This document shows positions 13,457 to 27,180 of a stretch of DNA of 64,000 nucleotides, one piece after another. Positions within the stretch are counted from its first letter, which is position 1, and each line of letters begins with the position of its first letter. The notes beneath the pieces are model-generated. The model was given only the letters and a program-made list of their open reading frames with translations, was not told where the DNA came from and did not search any database. The DNA lies in the NCBI RefSeq assembly GCF_009914755.1, contig NC_060928.1, one strand, 5' to 3'. The position numbers and the translations under genes are program-made. This DNA is from the human T2T-CHM13v2.0 reference genome, Homo sapiens.

Positions 13457-14772
13457 CTTTTATAATCCAAAGTTAAGGGTAAAAGGCAATGTAACTTGCA
13501 TACATTGAAAGATTTAATATGGGAGCTATTTAGAAATTTTGCTTTTCTTTAGGTTCCAATTCATGATACCTAAGGTAACATCTAATTAGCAAGCATTTGT
13601 AACAGCTGCCCATGATGGCTAAGAAAAAGTTTTGCTATATTCACAAATTTATAAATTATACAAGTATATGATATTTATAAATTTAACAAATTTCCATATG
13701 ATATAAGCATTTCCTATGTAAAATTTTATTAACTAAATACTTTCAAAAATCCATATTCTTACTCTTAAATTTACATACATATGCAGAGAGAGAGAGAGAG
13801 AGGTTGAGATATAACATGCATGAACCCTAATGCTGATCAATACATTAGCAACCAGATATAGAATTAAAAATACTTTTATTTTTATAAAATTATTTTATGA
13901 TATTTAAATAACTTTTCAGAAAATAATTTTTAAATGTTATTCTTAAAATAATTTTCCTTTCAAATTTTGATATTCAAGTATAATTTATAATTGCCTTCTA
14001 ATTATAAATTTGAATATTTAGAAAAATAACTTTAAAAGTAATATAAATATAATTTTTATTATTTTATGTTTACTTTAGGAGTCTTATGATAATAGATTTC
14101 AATTCTCTATATTTCTAATACAGTTATATATTATTCTTTTAATCCTTTAAATTATTACTATTACTACATAAAAATTATGCAATATATTGACTGTAAATAT
14201 TTTGCTGAAGTGAAAGAAAGAAAATAGCTTTTATGGAATACATATATAATAATATATGAAGTAGGAAGGTTTTATTGCATGATTCTGCCAACTATTGTTG
14301 GTCCATTATCAAGACATAGATGTTAACAGCAGTAATTAACATATTCATAAATTTTTATCAATTTATACTTAAAAACATAGCTATATACTTTCTAAAAATA
14401 ATTTATTGCATAGTGATTTTTTTCAATGAAAGTATATGGAGCACATTTATTTAAAAATGTATGAGCTTTATTTAAAACTTAAATATTTGACATATATCTC
14501 ATGGGTTTCCACCTGAACTCCTGCCTCAGGGATTGCGTTCATACCCATGTCAGTTGAGTACCCATTATTCCACACTCAGGGAATCACCTAAGGAAGACAG
14601 AAGTACTTTTAAAGAGGATTAAATTAGGAATAGGGATAAAGGTCTGAGGAGATTGGTAAACCAGCATCATTACAGATGACAGTAGAGAAAAGACATGGGA
14701 GCTGGAAATTACCATAGCTTCATCCATTCATGATCTCATCACATCCAGGTGCACATTTAAACACAGAATTCA

Positions 14773-15177
<405 letters not shown>

Positions 15178-16260
15178 TTATGACATGTTTCCAGACCTTG
15201 AGGTAGTTCATCTACAAAATAATTGAATGTATAATAGTGGAAAGAGGAAGAGAGGTATAAACTAACTAGAGCCAATCTGGTTGGGATCAGGCTACAGAAA
15301 AGAAAAGAAATATATGGAATGTAGGAAATACTATCCAGGAATGTATGGACAGATTCAATAACAGAAACATACCCTATGAACTTTACTTGGGCCCATAACC
15401 TTAATAATAACAGTCAAAGTCATGTAGATGGATACTATTTATTAAATCTGACAGCAGCCTGAATTCTACCTGTTGTACATGAGCAGACACGGTAGTCTAA
15501 TGTTTCTCAACTGTCATTCCTTCAAGAAGAAAGTGCCACAAAGATAAAATATTTTGATTATGAGGCTACCCTAGTGAAAACTACAAATAAAATCATAAAG
15601 TTCTTTGTCACTTCATGAAGAAAGCTACATAAATAGTGAATGGTAGCTAGTGTTTGCAGCATCAGCTTCTACTTACTGATTTATTTTCCTTTTCTAAAGG
15701 GCAAGAGACTCACTTCTCATTTTAATTTGGAGAAATACAGTACTTCACAGAGCAGAGATTAATGGAAATTTTTGGATGTCTTATTTTGAAAGTCTTTTTA
15801 AAAAGTTCATAATCATAAAAAGCATTTGTCATAGAAATAAACACAGGATTGTGTCTCTGGGATTTGGGGGTAATAATTGGGCCAGTGAATTACTTTAACC
15901 TCTTTTTGCCAAAGCAAAGATGACATAGAAATTCTAACTTACATTATGGAAAGCTATCATAAAGTCTTTAGACAGCCTGAAATCTCCAGGGTCCAGGGAA
16001 GATAGAACCTTCTAAGCTATTGAATCTAAATGCCTGCCTTCAGGCAAAGGTGTACTACTTGAGTCAGGTAGGCAGCTATGATATTAGGAGAGGGATTACA
16101 AATGTCTAAATAATCTACCCGATATTTAAGTTTCATAATTCTGTGAAATTGTTTAAATGTTATCTTTTTATTTTGATTTATTCCTCAGAACCTCTCACAG
16201 AGCCTGTTGAAGAGCACTGTTGGCTCACTTTTCCTCATGGGTTTTCTTTTTCCTCTCACT

Positions 16261-16600
<340 letters not shown>

Positions 16601-16838
16601 AATATATTTATTTCATACATGTGGTTTTACATTTCAGAGGAGATGAAATATATGTAAGAGCACCTAGGAGACAGGTTTGCAGAAAAAAGGCCCATGGCAC
16701 TTGTGTCTCATACTGTGGCTTATGTCTCAGATGCACGGGAGTTGCTCCCTTTGTTAACATTTGTTCCTGCCTGTACAGTTTCTCACCATTGGAAATAAAC
16801 TAATACAACAAATAATAATTTATTTATAACTATTTGAG

Positions 16839-16865
16839 ATATATATATATGTGTATATGTGTGTG

Positions 16866-16904
<39 letters not shown>
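16839..16904. repeat. Compound (TA)/(TG)/(GA) microsatellite
   Basis: Read directly. Confidence 0.92.
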
Positions 16905-17228
16905 TTACATTTAACTCAATTATTGTTGATCCATATTAAACAAGCAAGAATTACCTACGGATGTATTTTTTTTTTTTTTTTTGCCCTCTACATATGAAGA
17001 AACAAGGGCTCATAATTACTCAGCCATTTAGGGTTCTGAACTGCATTCTTTATTGTCTTTTAAGTTGAAAAGTTCCAGTAGGAGACCCATCTCTTTATTA
17101 AGGAGTCTTAATAATTGCTATGAAAAACTGATCAGATATTGTACAATGTGTGAAGAGTACTGAGTGCCAACACTAGAGATTTTAGAAGGATATTATGGTT
17201 ACAATATATTTTTCCTGAAGCATACAGA

Positions 17229-17408
17229 TAGGACGGCCAGATAAAATACAAGATGCCTAGTTAAATTTAAACTTCAAAGAAAATTTTTTAGTGTAAGTAT
17301 GACTCAAATGTTGCATGGGGCATACTTGTTCTAAAAATTATTTATTGTTTATCTGATACTCAAATGTAACTGGGTGTCTTGTATTTTTTTGCTAACTCTA
17401 ACAACACA
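17229..17408. mobile_element. MER53 palindromic hAT MITE
   Basis: 'gccagataaaatacaagatgcctagttaaattt...tttttagtgtaagtatg...catacttgttctaaaaa...aaatgtaactgggtgtcttgtatttt' is self-complementary and matches recalled MER53 consensus. Confidence 0.88.
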
Positions 17409-18639
17409 ATCACAGATCACTGATGATAAATATTCAGACAATATAACACCTCTTTGAGCCCGTTTCTTGCCCTAGCCTGCATCAAAGCTAAGGGCATTCA
17501 ATAAGTCTATCACAAAATAGCAAATTGGTATTCATAGATCTTTGCTTGGTGCATGAAGTGACAAACATGTCTTTGAATCACATGCACTGTGATTACTGAC
17601 CATCTCCCCAGGATATTAAAATAGTGGGATAAGAAAATAGCTCCTCATATGGTGTAAGATAAAGAAATTCCTGATTTACTAGGCTTTATAAAGTGTGTCT
17701 GGAAACTGGTTTCTGAGCAAAGGAGTTGATGGTTGATTGTTAGAGGTGCTCAAACCATCAGTGGCGTAGCTCAGGGAACTGTAAGTTTTTAGAATGATCC
17801 AGCTTAAGTGGCCTTCTGAGAGACCACCCCCCAGAGTAACTCATGCCCTGGGACCTGAGGATCAAATTCCTGTTAAATTTTTTTCTAGAAAGAAAGGGGA
17901 AGGGATTCTGATATTAAGCAAATATAATAATTATAAAATAAATATATCTCTAGTGTCACATAAATATGAGCTGTTTCCTTTTTTAGTTTAAAATGTATTA
18001 TAATTTATGACTATATTTGGCCATTTCTTTATTCTTCTTTGTAGTCAAAATAAATTAACTTTTAAAATGAAAGTGTCCCCAGCCTCTCTTACCTCTGAGA
18101 GGTCCTGGAAACAAAGGTAAAACAAGAACTCTGTCACTGGCTTCTCCTTCCCCTTGTTCCTAGTAACATTTAATGAAAGGCCCCAAGTCCCTAGTTCAAA
18201 GTCTCTTGGGACCTAGTCAGGTCACAGATTTTGTCCGGTTCACCAGGTCTTCAAAAATGATCATCACAGAGCTGCTTACTTTCAAATATCCTGAACACAT
18301 TCAATGAGATCTCTTTTATCTTCAGTCCATATTGTCCTTCAACTTGGTTTCAAGCTTAAATAACAAGGAAATACCAGGAGGCAGCCCAAGCCAGAGAATA
18401 TATGTGGCATCCATTTTAGAAATGGTTAGTAATTGAAACCAGTACTTTAAAAACTGATAAATGAATGGATACCAAAGCTGTTTTACTTTTAAGGACATAC
18501 CAAAAATACTTCAAAAGAAAATTTAGAGACTAAAGGGGGACACTTAAAGCTAATTGTCCACTATTCAGGAACATGCATTTCTTCCCTCTGCAGATGGTGA
18601 CATTTTAGGATAAATTGTGAAAAGTATTCCATTTAAATT

Positions 18640-19412
18640 AGTGGTCTCCAAAATAGAATAAGCAAATGAGGCAGTGTGTAAGACTTAGAAGGAAAAAACA
18701 ATATGTGTATTTACATGCATGTAACTATAAAGAAAACTAAGCTTAACTAAACTTTGGTATACAATGGCTGGTGTCAGCATCCTCAATCAGCCATACACAC
18801 CATGGGAGGTTCCTTGAAGGGAAAGTATGCATTTGGTGAGGATGGATGGGTGACCACCTCACTCAGTCATTCACCTTTAGCATGTCTCAACCTTCCTTCA
18901 TTTAGATAGGTCCTGTAAAATGGATTTTAAGATTTAATGTAGTTTAATAAATTAACCCTGTATCATTTGTTATGGACCAGTGTTTTAAGGCTGCCTTAAA
19001 AGACACCATCAACCAAAAATAAAAAATAAAGTAATACAAGGTACAACTCATAGGAAAAAGGAATAACAAGATCTTTATTAGGAACATTATAGGTACAAAA
19101 TAGTGATCATATAGTCAGATCTTAAAAAGAGCCACAAATAATAACAAAATTCTCAAAATTACTATTTGAAAGATGTTTCCTGTCCTCTATCATCAGCAGT
19201 GGGCCTTGACATCTAGGTGCTTTGGGCCTTGTGATAACTGATGATTGTATAAAGTCATCACCATAGACAGCATTTAAAAATATTTGTTTTCAGCTTTACC
19301 TCACTTTTTTGAGCTTCCAATTTATGTATGTTTTTATAATGTACACGATATAATGATCCCATATATGGCTTATTATATGTAATTATTGCAAAGAAAATAT
19401 ATTGGGGGGGTG
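18640..19412. mobile_element. Possible hAT-Charlie relic
   Basis: Starts 'agtggtctccaaa' (hAT TIR-like) and ends '...atatattggggggtgc'; interior highly diverged. Confidence 0.4.
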
Positions 19413-19526
19413 CAGGTGCACTGGCTCACATTTGTAATCCCAGCACTTTGGGAGGCCAAGGCAGGAGTATTACTGGAGCCCAGGAGTTTGAGACCAACCT
19501 GGGCAACAAAATGAGACCCGTCTCTA
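19411..19526 (+). mobile_element. FLAM or AluJ left monomer
   Basis: 'ctggctcacatttgtaatcccagcactttgggaggccaaggcaggag...gagcccaggagtttgagaccaacctgggcaac...gagacccgtctcta'. Confidence 0.92.
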
Positions 19527-19924
19527 ATATATATATTTTATCTAGCTATCTAATATATATATAAATATATATATTTATGTATCTATCTCTCTCTATATAA
19601 AGATAAATAGATACTACAGGACACACTACCATACCTAGCTAAAAAAAAAAATAGCCTGGTATGATAGTGTGCCCCTGTGGTATCTATATATAGATATATA
19701 TATTTTAATGTATATACTAAATTGAAGTAATTGGATATTTATATCTAGAGAGATAGATCTATAAATATGTAGATCTATAAATAGATCTATATATCTATAG
19801 ATATGAATCTATAGATCTATCTCTCAATATATATATCTAGATAAATATATATTGATATAGAGATAGGTATAGATAGATATATAGGTAGATATAGATAGAT
19901 ATATAGATATATCTCTTAATAGAC

Positions 19925-19967
<43 letters not shown>

Positions 19968-19992
19968 TAGATAGATAGATATAGACAGATAG
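19527..19992. repeat. TA/TATC/GATA low-complexity tract with ~10 perfect (TAGA) units at 19926-19966
   Basis: Read directly. Confidence 0.92.
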
Positions 19993-20654
19993 AGGTACCT
20001 AGAGAGACGGGGGGAGGGAGATGAATGTGTGGCAATTGCCTTAAACTATAATAAAGCATCTCAACCAAAAAATTGTGTAACTAGCATGAGGCAGCTTGTA
20101 AAAAAAATACTGGTGCAGCATTAACAACAAAAAACAGTTACTAAAATCCTAGGATTAGATAAGTGCAATAGAATAAGCAGAGAAGAGGAGAGGATGGAGA
20201 CTTCTGTTAATGTACAAAAAAAGTACAGAAAATGCAAATGTAATTGAAGGAAGACAGAAAGACCTTTTGTGTTTGGGGGGAACTTCTATAGAATTCTCAC
20301 TTCCAAACTAAAAAGGCATATAGCATTTTTCCTTGGTGAGAGATAAGGAAAGATAGTCTTTCAGAAGCAGAATACCTAAAAGATCCTTGATGATAATAAA
20401 GTCAAAGCCAAGAGCAACACCAGGCTTCATGCATGAGGAACACATTTTCTAAAGATGAAGAGGTGTTTTTGAAAAATAGAATGAAAATGTCAGATGTTCC
20501 CTAAGCTTTTGTCCTTCATCCTCTTATATTCCTACCCAAATTCTCCTGGCTAGAATTTTCTATTTCAACATCTTCAAATGTTATACATTCTAACCCAGAA
20601 ACCTCTCTTGAGCTCTGGACCCCCATTTCCAACTTTCACTTGTGTTTTTGTAAG

Positions 20655-21048
20655 CTTATTATTTAATCAACATATATTTATTGAATGGAATTATCAAAAG
20701 TGATATATTCTCTACCTTTAGAAACTGAGATTTTAGTAGGAAACAGACAATAATTACATAATCATATAAATAAAAATATTACACATTGTGATAATGACTG
20801 TAAGAAAAGAAAGAGGTAGATATGATTGAAAGTAATTAATAGATGTATGATTGGGGAGGAGAGGGGACATTTTTAGATGAGATCAAAAAGGGGGTTTTTA
20901 TGGGAATTTTCTATTGAAATCTAGAATGAGATGGAGCCAATCACTCAAAGAAACTGGGAAAATGTACTCCAGATATGCAAAATTACTAGAGTAAATGTCC
21001 TGAACTGGCAAAGAATTTTGTTTCTAAAGAAAAGAAAAGAGGCAAGTG
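20655..21048 (-). mobile_element. L2 3' relic (antisense)
   Basis: 'atttaatcaacatatatttattgaat...ggaaacagacaataa' is typical of a reverse-complement L2 end. Confidence 0.55.
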
Positions 21049-21051
21049 TCC

Positions 21052-21226
21052 CAGAGTTTGCTACTCAGAGGGTGTTCAGGGACCAGCAGCACCAGCATAA
21101 TTATCACCCAGAACCTGTTAGAGACGTAGACTTTCAGATCCTATTCCTATCCTGCTGAATCAGAATTTGCATTTTAACAAGATGCCCAAGTGATGCACAT
21201 GAACATGAAAGTTTGAGAAGTATTGT
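21052..21226 (+). mobile_element. MER5A/MER5A1 hAT MITE
   Basis: 'gctactcagagggtgttcagggaccagcagcaccagcat...ctgaatcagaatttgcattttaacaagat...aaagtttgagaagtattg'. Confidence 0.9.
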
Positions 21227-21716
21227 CCTAGAATATGTACTTACGAAGAGAGTGCTACAAGAGGCTGGAGAGTTGTATTCCAAGGTCTGTAGAAAACCCT
21301 TATCTACACCAAGAAAATCAATTTGGCTGTTTCACCAACATGTGCATATAAACACTAAATTTTGAAGTCAACATCTTTAGTCCTTTATTTTCTTCTTCTA
21401 CACTGTGCTCTTTCTTTAGTGAGACTCCAAATTTTATAACTCTTCCCTTATTTGGTCCCACATTCAAATAGGTACAGACTCTGGTCAAGTCAGTCTTCTT
21501 AGGGGCAATAACTCAAGTATCTATCCCTTCTTTTATTTCCATTTAATGTTCCTTTGCCTATTGGTCTCTTATTTCACAATGATATAAAGTGTGTTTTGTT
21601 CATTCTATAAGAATCAATGCTTATTCTTGGCTGATGTTACAAAAGGACTATAGGAAAGTACTGACTTAAAAATTGTGAAAATAGGATGTCTGCGCTTTAA
21701 AACTATTAACCTATGT

Positions 21717-21812
21717 TGGGTGCAACAAACCCCATGACACGTGTATACCTATGTAACAAACCTGCACATTCTGCAGATTTATCCTAGAACTTAAAGTATA
21801 ATAATTTAAAAA
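21717..21812 (+). mobile_element. Short L1PA 3'-end insertion
   Basis: 'gggtgcaacaaaccccatgacacgtgtatacctatgtaacaaacctgcacattctgca...agaacttaaagtataat'. Confidence 0.92.
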
Positions 21813-22792
21813 ATTATCAACATATACACCATGGAGTAAAGATGAAATGGCCCTCAGAGCCATAGAATTGAAGGTAACCTGACTACATAAGTGAATATAC
21901 TAAAGAAAAGAAGTCAAATGAAACACAGGCACAGGGTAGAGAGGGAATAGTCTTATTAGACATGGAAACAAAATATAAAGCAAATCTCAAAGGCAGCCCT
22001 GATAGAATTCTGGTGTGATTGGCAAATCCATCACTACTTTGAAGAAAATATAATTTCAACACATTTTAGACAACTTAATGCCCCTGCTTTGAGTTCCATA
22101 TTCCCAAATCAATGTTCTGGCATCTTTTTATTCCTTCTGCACTTTTGTCTTTAGCAAAAGAAAATACTGATTATTTGCATTTTGAGTATTCTTGTTTGCA
22201 TAAGAGTTATTTCTCACTGTTAACTGATAAATTGCAGTGAGGTTTCCTATATCTGTTTAATGAGGTTGGAGACTACTCCAGAGAAAGAAATCAACTATTG
22301 ATGTGCAGCCAAATCATTTTCTAAGCCTATAAGGCTAAGAATCAGAAAAACAGTTGGAAATTTATCAAGACAACCCCTCTGAAGGTTTTTTGGTTGGCTG
22401 CCAGAGGTCCTCTTCTTGGAGATCATAGCATCTCTCTTATGTCCCTATCATCTTGTGTGCAGCAAGCACTGTTTTGCTGTTGTTCCTTAATTTCTACACT
22501 AGTGCCAGATACTTTACTAGATGCTGAGGATTCAAATACATTCAATACAATCCCTGTGAGTGTAAGCCTGTGTCTAAGTAAATCAATGTGTACAATAAAT
22601 TATATCGATTATTATTGCATGGTAGGTATACAAGAGCTATTTGAGCTTTGGGTGGATTTTTGAGCTGGATTTCAATAGCAAACTGGAATTAAATGAGTAG
22701 TCAGGGAATGGCATATAGAAAGAAGGAAAACAGAACTTAAATGAAATGTTATGTTCTAGGGACCACAGTAGTTTATCACATATATTACATTA

Positions 22793-23037
22793 AAATAACA
22801 ACTCATATTTACAGAGTCCTCACTATGCGCCAGGCACTGTATTAGGTACTTTGTTAAGTATCAGACCATTTAATCCATTAACAATCCTACAAAGTAGATA
22901 TTCTTTTCATCTCCACTCTTGAGATGAGGAAACTGAAAGGTTAATATCTTATTTAGGGTCACACAAGTCATAGTCCTGGAGCCAGGACTTAAACCCAGTC
23001 AGTGGGAGTCCAGAAGCCTCATCCTTGATGACTATGT
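22793..23037 (-). mobile_element. MIR, near full length
   Basis: 'actatgcgccaggcactgt...gatgaggaaactga...gtcacac...gagccaggacttaaacccag' is the reverse complement of the MIR core. Confidence 0.9.
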
Positions 23038-23272
23038 AATAAGGTAATTTTAAAAGCATTTACACTAAATTTTAAATGCAATGAGAGCAGGGAAAAATTT
23101 CATATTCTTTGGTATAGTCCCATCACCATGTAGTACAGCCAAACATATTCAATAAATATATCTTACATGGGGGGAGAAAAGAAGTAAAGACAATAGATGA
23201 GACTGAGAAAAAAAGAGACTCTGATTAAATTTCTCAGATTATAGTCTCATTGCCTGAACATCTCCTGCTTAA

Positions 23273-23848
<576 letters not shown>

Positions 23849-24039
23849 TCTTTATGTTAAACTTTAAATGTAGGAATGTATGTTCTAATTTCTGATGTTT
23901 TGTGCCAAAATTAATAAGTAAAATTCATTTCCTTTATTTCACAAAATATTCCAGGCAGCTTTGAAATATTTAAATGGGCTTTCTCTCTCTCTCTCTTTGT
24001 TTTTTCTTCTTGTTTGCTACTTGAAGGACAATAAAATGC

Positions 24040-24226
24040 CAGAAAATAAGAGTGTGGACTTTAGAGCTAGACTGACTCAGATCAAACCTTCATTCTTGCT
24101 TCCATTAACTGTGTGACTTTGGGCAAATAACTTGATCAATCTATGCCTTAGTTTCCTCACCTATAAAATGAAAGATAACTATATACCTGTTTCATTGTGT
24201 TGCTAGAAAGCTCATATGGGTGAATA
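24040..24226 (+). mobile_element. MIR
   Basis: 'ctgtgtgactttgggcaaataacttgatc...ccttagtttcctcacctataaaatg' MIR core. Confidence 0.88.
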
Positions 24227-24320
24227 CAGGTTGACAATCCCTTATCCAAAATGCTTAGGACCAGGAGTGTTTCAGATTTAGATTTTATTTTTTTGATTTG
24301 GGAGTATTTACATTATATAT
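24227..24320. mobile_element. Tigger4/MER46 one-ended fragment
   Basis: TA followed by 'caggttgacaatcccttatccaaaatgcttaggaccaggagtgtttcagattt' matches a recalled Tigger4 terminus. Confidence 0.8.
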
Positions 24321-24364
24321 TTAAGTTTTTATAATAATTGTGTATAATTACTTTTGGAATAACA

Positions 24365-24426
24365 ATCTGCCTGCCTTGGCCTCCCAAAGTGCTGGGATTA
24401 TAGGTTTGACCCACCGGAACCCGGCC
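24365..24426 (-). mobile_element. Alu 5'-end fragment (~60 bp)
   Basis: 'ctgcctgccttggcctcccaaagtgctgggattataggtttgacccaccggaacccggcc'. Confidence 0.92.
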
Positions 24427-26152
24427 TCCCCAGTATAAGTCTGGAAATTTTATTAATCTGGTACAAGTTAGCTTCAGGGGTAAAATTTCTGCTAGATTTC
24501 AAACCTCAGTTTTTTTTTTTGTTTCCTAGTATAAAAAACTAGTGCCTAAAAAAGGCATAAATATTCAGAAAATTGTGCCAGGATAGTCGGAAATATACTG
24601 CTGTTATTCATATTCATTTTATTTTTCTGACTTAACCCTACTTAATATAATTAACCTAAATTTCAAACACCAGAGACAAAAGCAAGCTTTAGAGCCCAGG
24701 GGACATCATGTGAGGAGAGGAAAGGTCCCCAAATCTTGTCAGGTCGCAATTTTGAGATCTCTATTGTATATGTTTTTGTAATCATTATTGCCATGCTTTT
24801 ATCTTGGTGGCATACAAACAATAATTATATTTTCACTCTGAGAAGGTGAGTAATTATCTTCCTGATTTCTTACTTAGGTCCCATGGAGATAAATAACTTC
24901 ACTAGCTCATAATGGTGAATAATTTTAATACCTGAATTTGTAGAGGAAAATCCAGAATAAAAGGTGTTAACTAAAAAAACACAAAACTGAGATTTCCAAT
25001 TAAATTATTTACACAACGCTTCATGTTCTGTTTTCTCATTTTAAAAGGTTAACATAAATTTCCAGCAGATATAAAGCTACACCATTTTTTTTTTCCGAAT
25101 TATGTTTCACAAAGGAGCACTTTTGCCTACAGAAATTTATGAACTCTCTCAACTCACCGAAATGAAACAACCACCAAAAAAAGCTAAAAAAAAACCTGTC
25201 ACCATTGCACATAGAAAAAGGAGCTTTCTGATGCATTCCCATCATAGACTTCACTGTGCCTTAAGGATCTGTATCTCTTTCCCCCTGAATTGAGCAGGAC
25301 TGGGAAGTAGCGGAGCGTTGATTCCTTTTATCATCTAAGGCTAACCCAAACAGAGCTAAAGCAGGTTACTGCAGAAAGCACAACAAAAAAAACAACAAAT
25401 TGACCTGGACTTTTCTTTCTTTCTTTTTTAATACATAATCCATGATGCTCATCTTTCTAGAGGCAATTAATAACATATGTGACGGGTCTTTCTTTTATTA
25501 GCACATGCTTTTGCTACAAGATTATGTCTTGCTGTGCATCCCACAATCATCAACTAATATATGTGGCATTAACTTGTTCCTTTTTAATGAGGCACTAAAA
25601 AGTCTCAATAGATTCAACAGATTTTTTTTTAAAAAAAACAAAGAACAAATTGAAAACCTCAGCTCACTGACATTGTAACAATTTAATTTTAAATATGTAG
25701 AAAATAAACCATAATTATGTCCAAATAGCTTAATTTACTCAACTAGATTCACATTTTAAGTTAACAAAGGTGAAGGAAAATAAAGCACAAACACTTAACC
25801 AGTTAACTGTTCCTCTACTAGTCTACAAATCCTGTAAATGCATAATCTAGTGCAGTGCTTTAAAAATTATATTTATGTATCATTTTATTAATTCATTTAA
25901 GTTTTCATTTATTTATTTATTGTCTAAAACTTTAGGCAGACCTGTAATATTCAGAACATCTAAGAGTGGAGCTGCTCTGTTTGAAGCGGAAGAAGCAAAC
26001 ACTTCAAGTTTGTCACAATCCCACTGAATGGCCCACCCTGTAGAGCTTAGTTTAAAAACCACTCCTTAGGAAATGCTGCTTGAGTTAGAGAGAGACAACC
26101 TTCTAGAGTTGTCATCAGGTACTCAATACTCTGTCACAAAAATACAGATATA

Positions 26153-26267
26153 ATATGTAACTAACCTGCACAATGTGCACATGTACCCTAAAACTTAAAG
26201 TATAATAAAAAATAAAAATAAAAATAAAAATAAAAAAATAAAAAAAATTAAAAAAAAATAAAAATAA
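26153..26267 (+). mobile_element. Very short young L1PA (L1PA2/L1HS-like) 3' end with (AAAAAT)n tail
   Basis: 'atatgtaactaacctgcacaatgtgcacatgtaccctaaaacttaaagtataat' followed by ~60 nt A-rich tail. Confidence 0.92.
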
Positions 26268-26365
26268 TGTTAGGTGGTTTTATTTTTAAAGAGTTATCAA
26301 TTTATGTATTTATGTTTGCCATAAGGGAGATGATGACAGAAGAAAAGCTATTTAAAAGGACATTA

Positions 26366-27180
26366 TATCAAGAGCTGGTAAGGGTCTGAAGGTTCATCTG
26401 ACTTGAAAGCTAGTAGGAAAGTGCTAGTTATAGATGCTGACATAGACAAGAGGCTCCAGGGTTAGAGACAAATGGTTTTATTGCTCATGGAAATAGCAGT
26501 AGCCGGAGGATTCATATTTGTGCCAGTTCCTTGAACATATATTTCCACAAGGAAATGCAAAGAGGACAAAGTGATGCCTGTCTGCATAGTGGATAGCATT
26601 ATAGCAAAACGACCCTGAACTTAGGCAAAACGGATCTTTTATAAAGCACAATAAGTCAGTTTGACCTTTGCCCCAGAAGGATTTTTTTTTTTTTTTAAAT
26701 CTGGACAGTAAACAAACCTCCTTCCGCTCCAGAGGGAGACACAACCTTACATACTTTAAAAAAAAATTTTTTTTGAGATGGAGTCTCACTCTGTCACCCA
26801 GGCTGGGATGCAGTGGCGGGATCTCAGCTCACAGCAACCTCCGCCTTCCAGTTCAAGCAATTCTCCCACCTCAGTCTCCTGAGTAGCTGGGATTACAGGC
26901 ACCTGCCACCACACCTGGCTAATTTTTGTATTTTTAGTAGAGACAGGGTTTCACCATGTTGGCCAGAAGGGTCTCGAACTCCTGACCTTGAGTGATCTGC
27001 CCACCTCTGCCTCCCAAAGTGCCAGGATTACAGGCGTGAGCCACAATGCCCTACCTGTCTTTTAGGGCTGTTTGCCATACAATCATCCTTGCAAAGATAG
27101 TTGGGAACAAAGGCACTCTGTGTCTCCACTCATAAGATGTGCAGAAATGCAGGATGGCCATGGAAAATAATTTTCTGACA
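26366..27180 (-). mobile_element. LTR40-like ERVL solo LTR, split by an Alu
   Basis: Ends 'tatcaagagctggtaagggtctga' and 'aagatgtgcagaaatgcaggatggccatggaaaataattttctgaca'; internal 'ctccagagggagacac' and reverse polyA signal match recalled LTR40. Confidence 0.82.
26767..27055 (-). mobile_element. AluS, full length, inside the LTR40-like element
   Basis: Reverse-complement dimeric Alu from 'tttgagatggagtctcactctg' to 'caggcgtgagccacaatgccc'. Confidence 0.96.
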
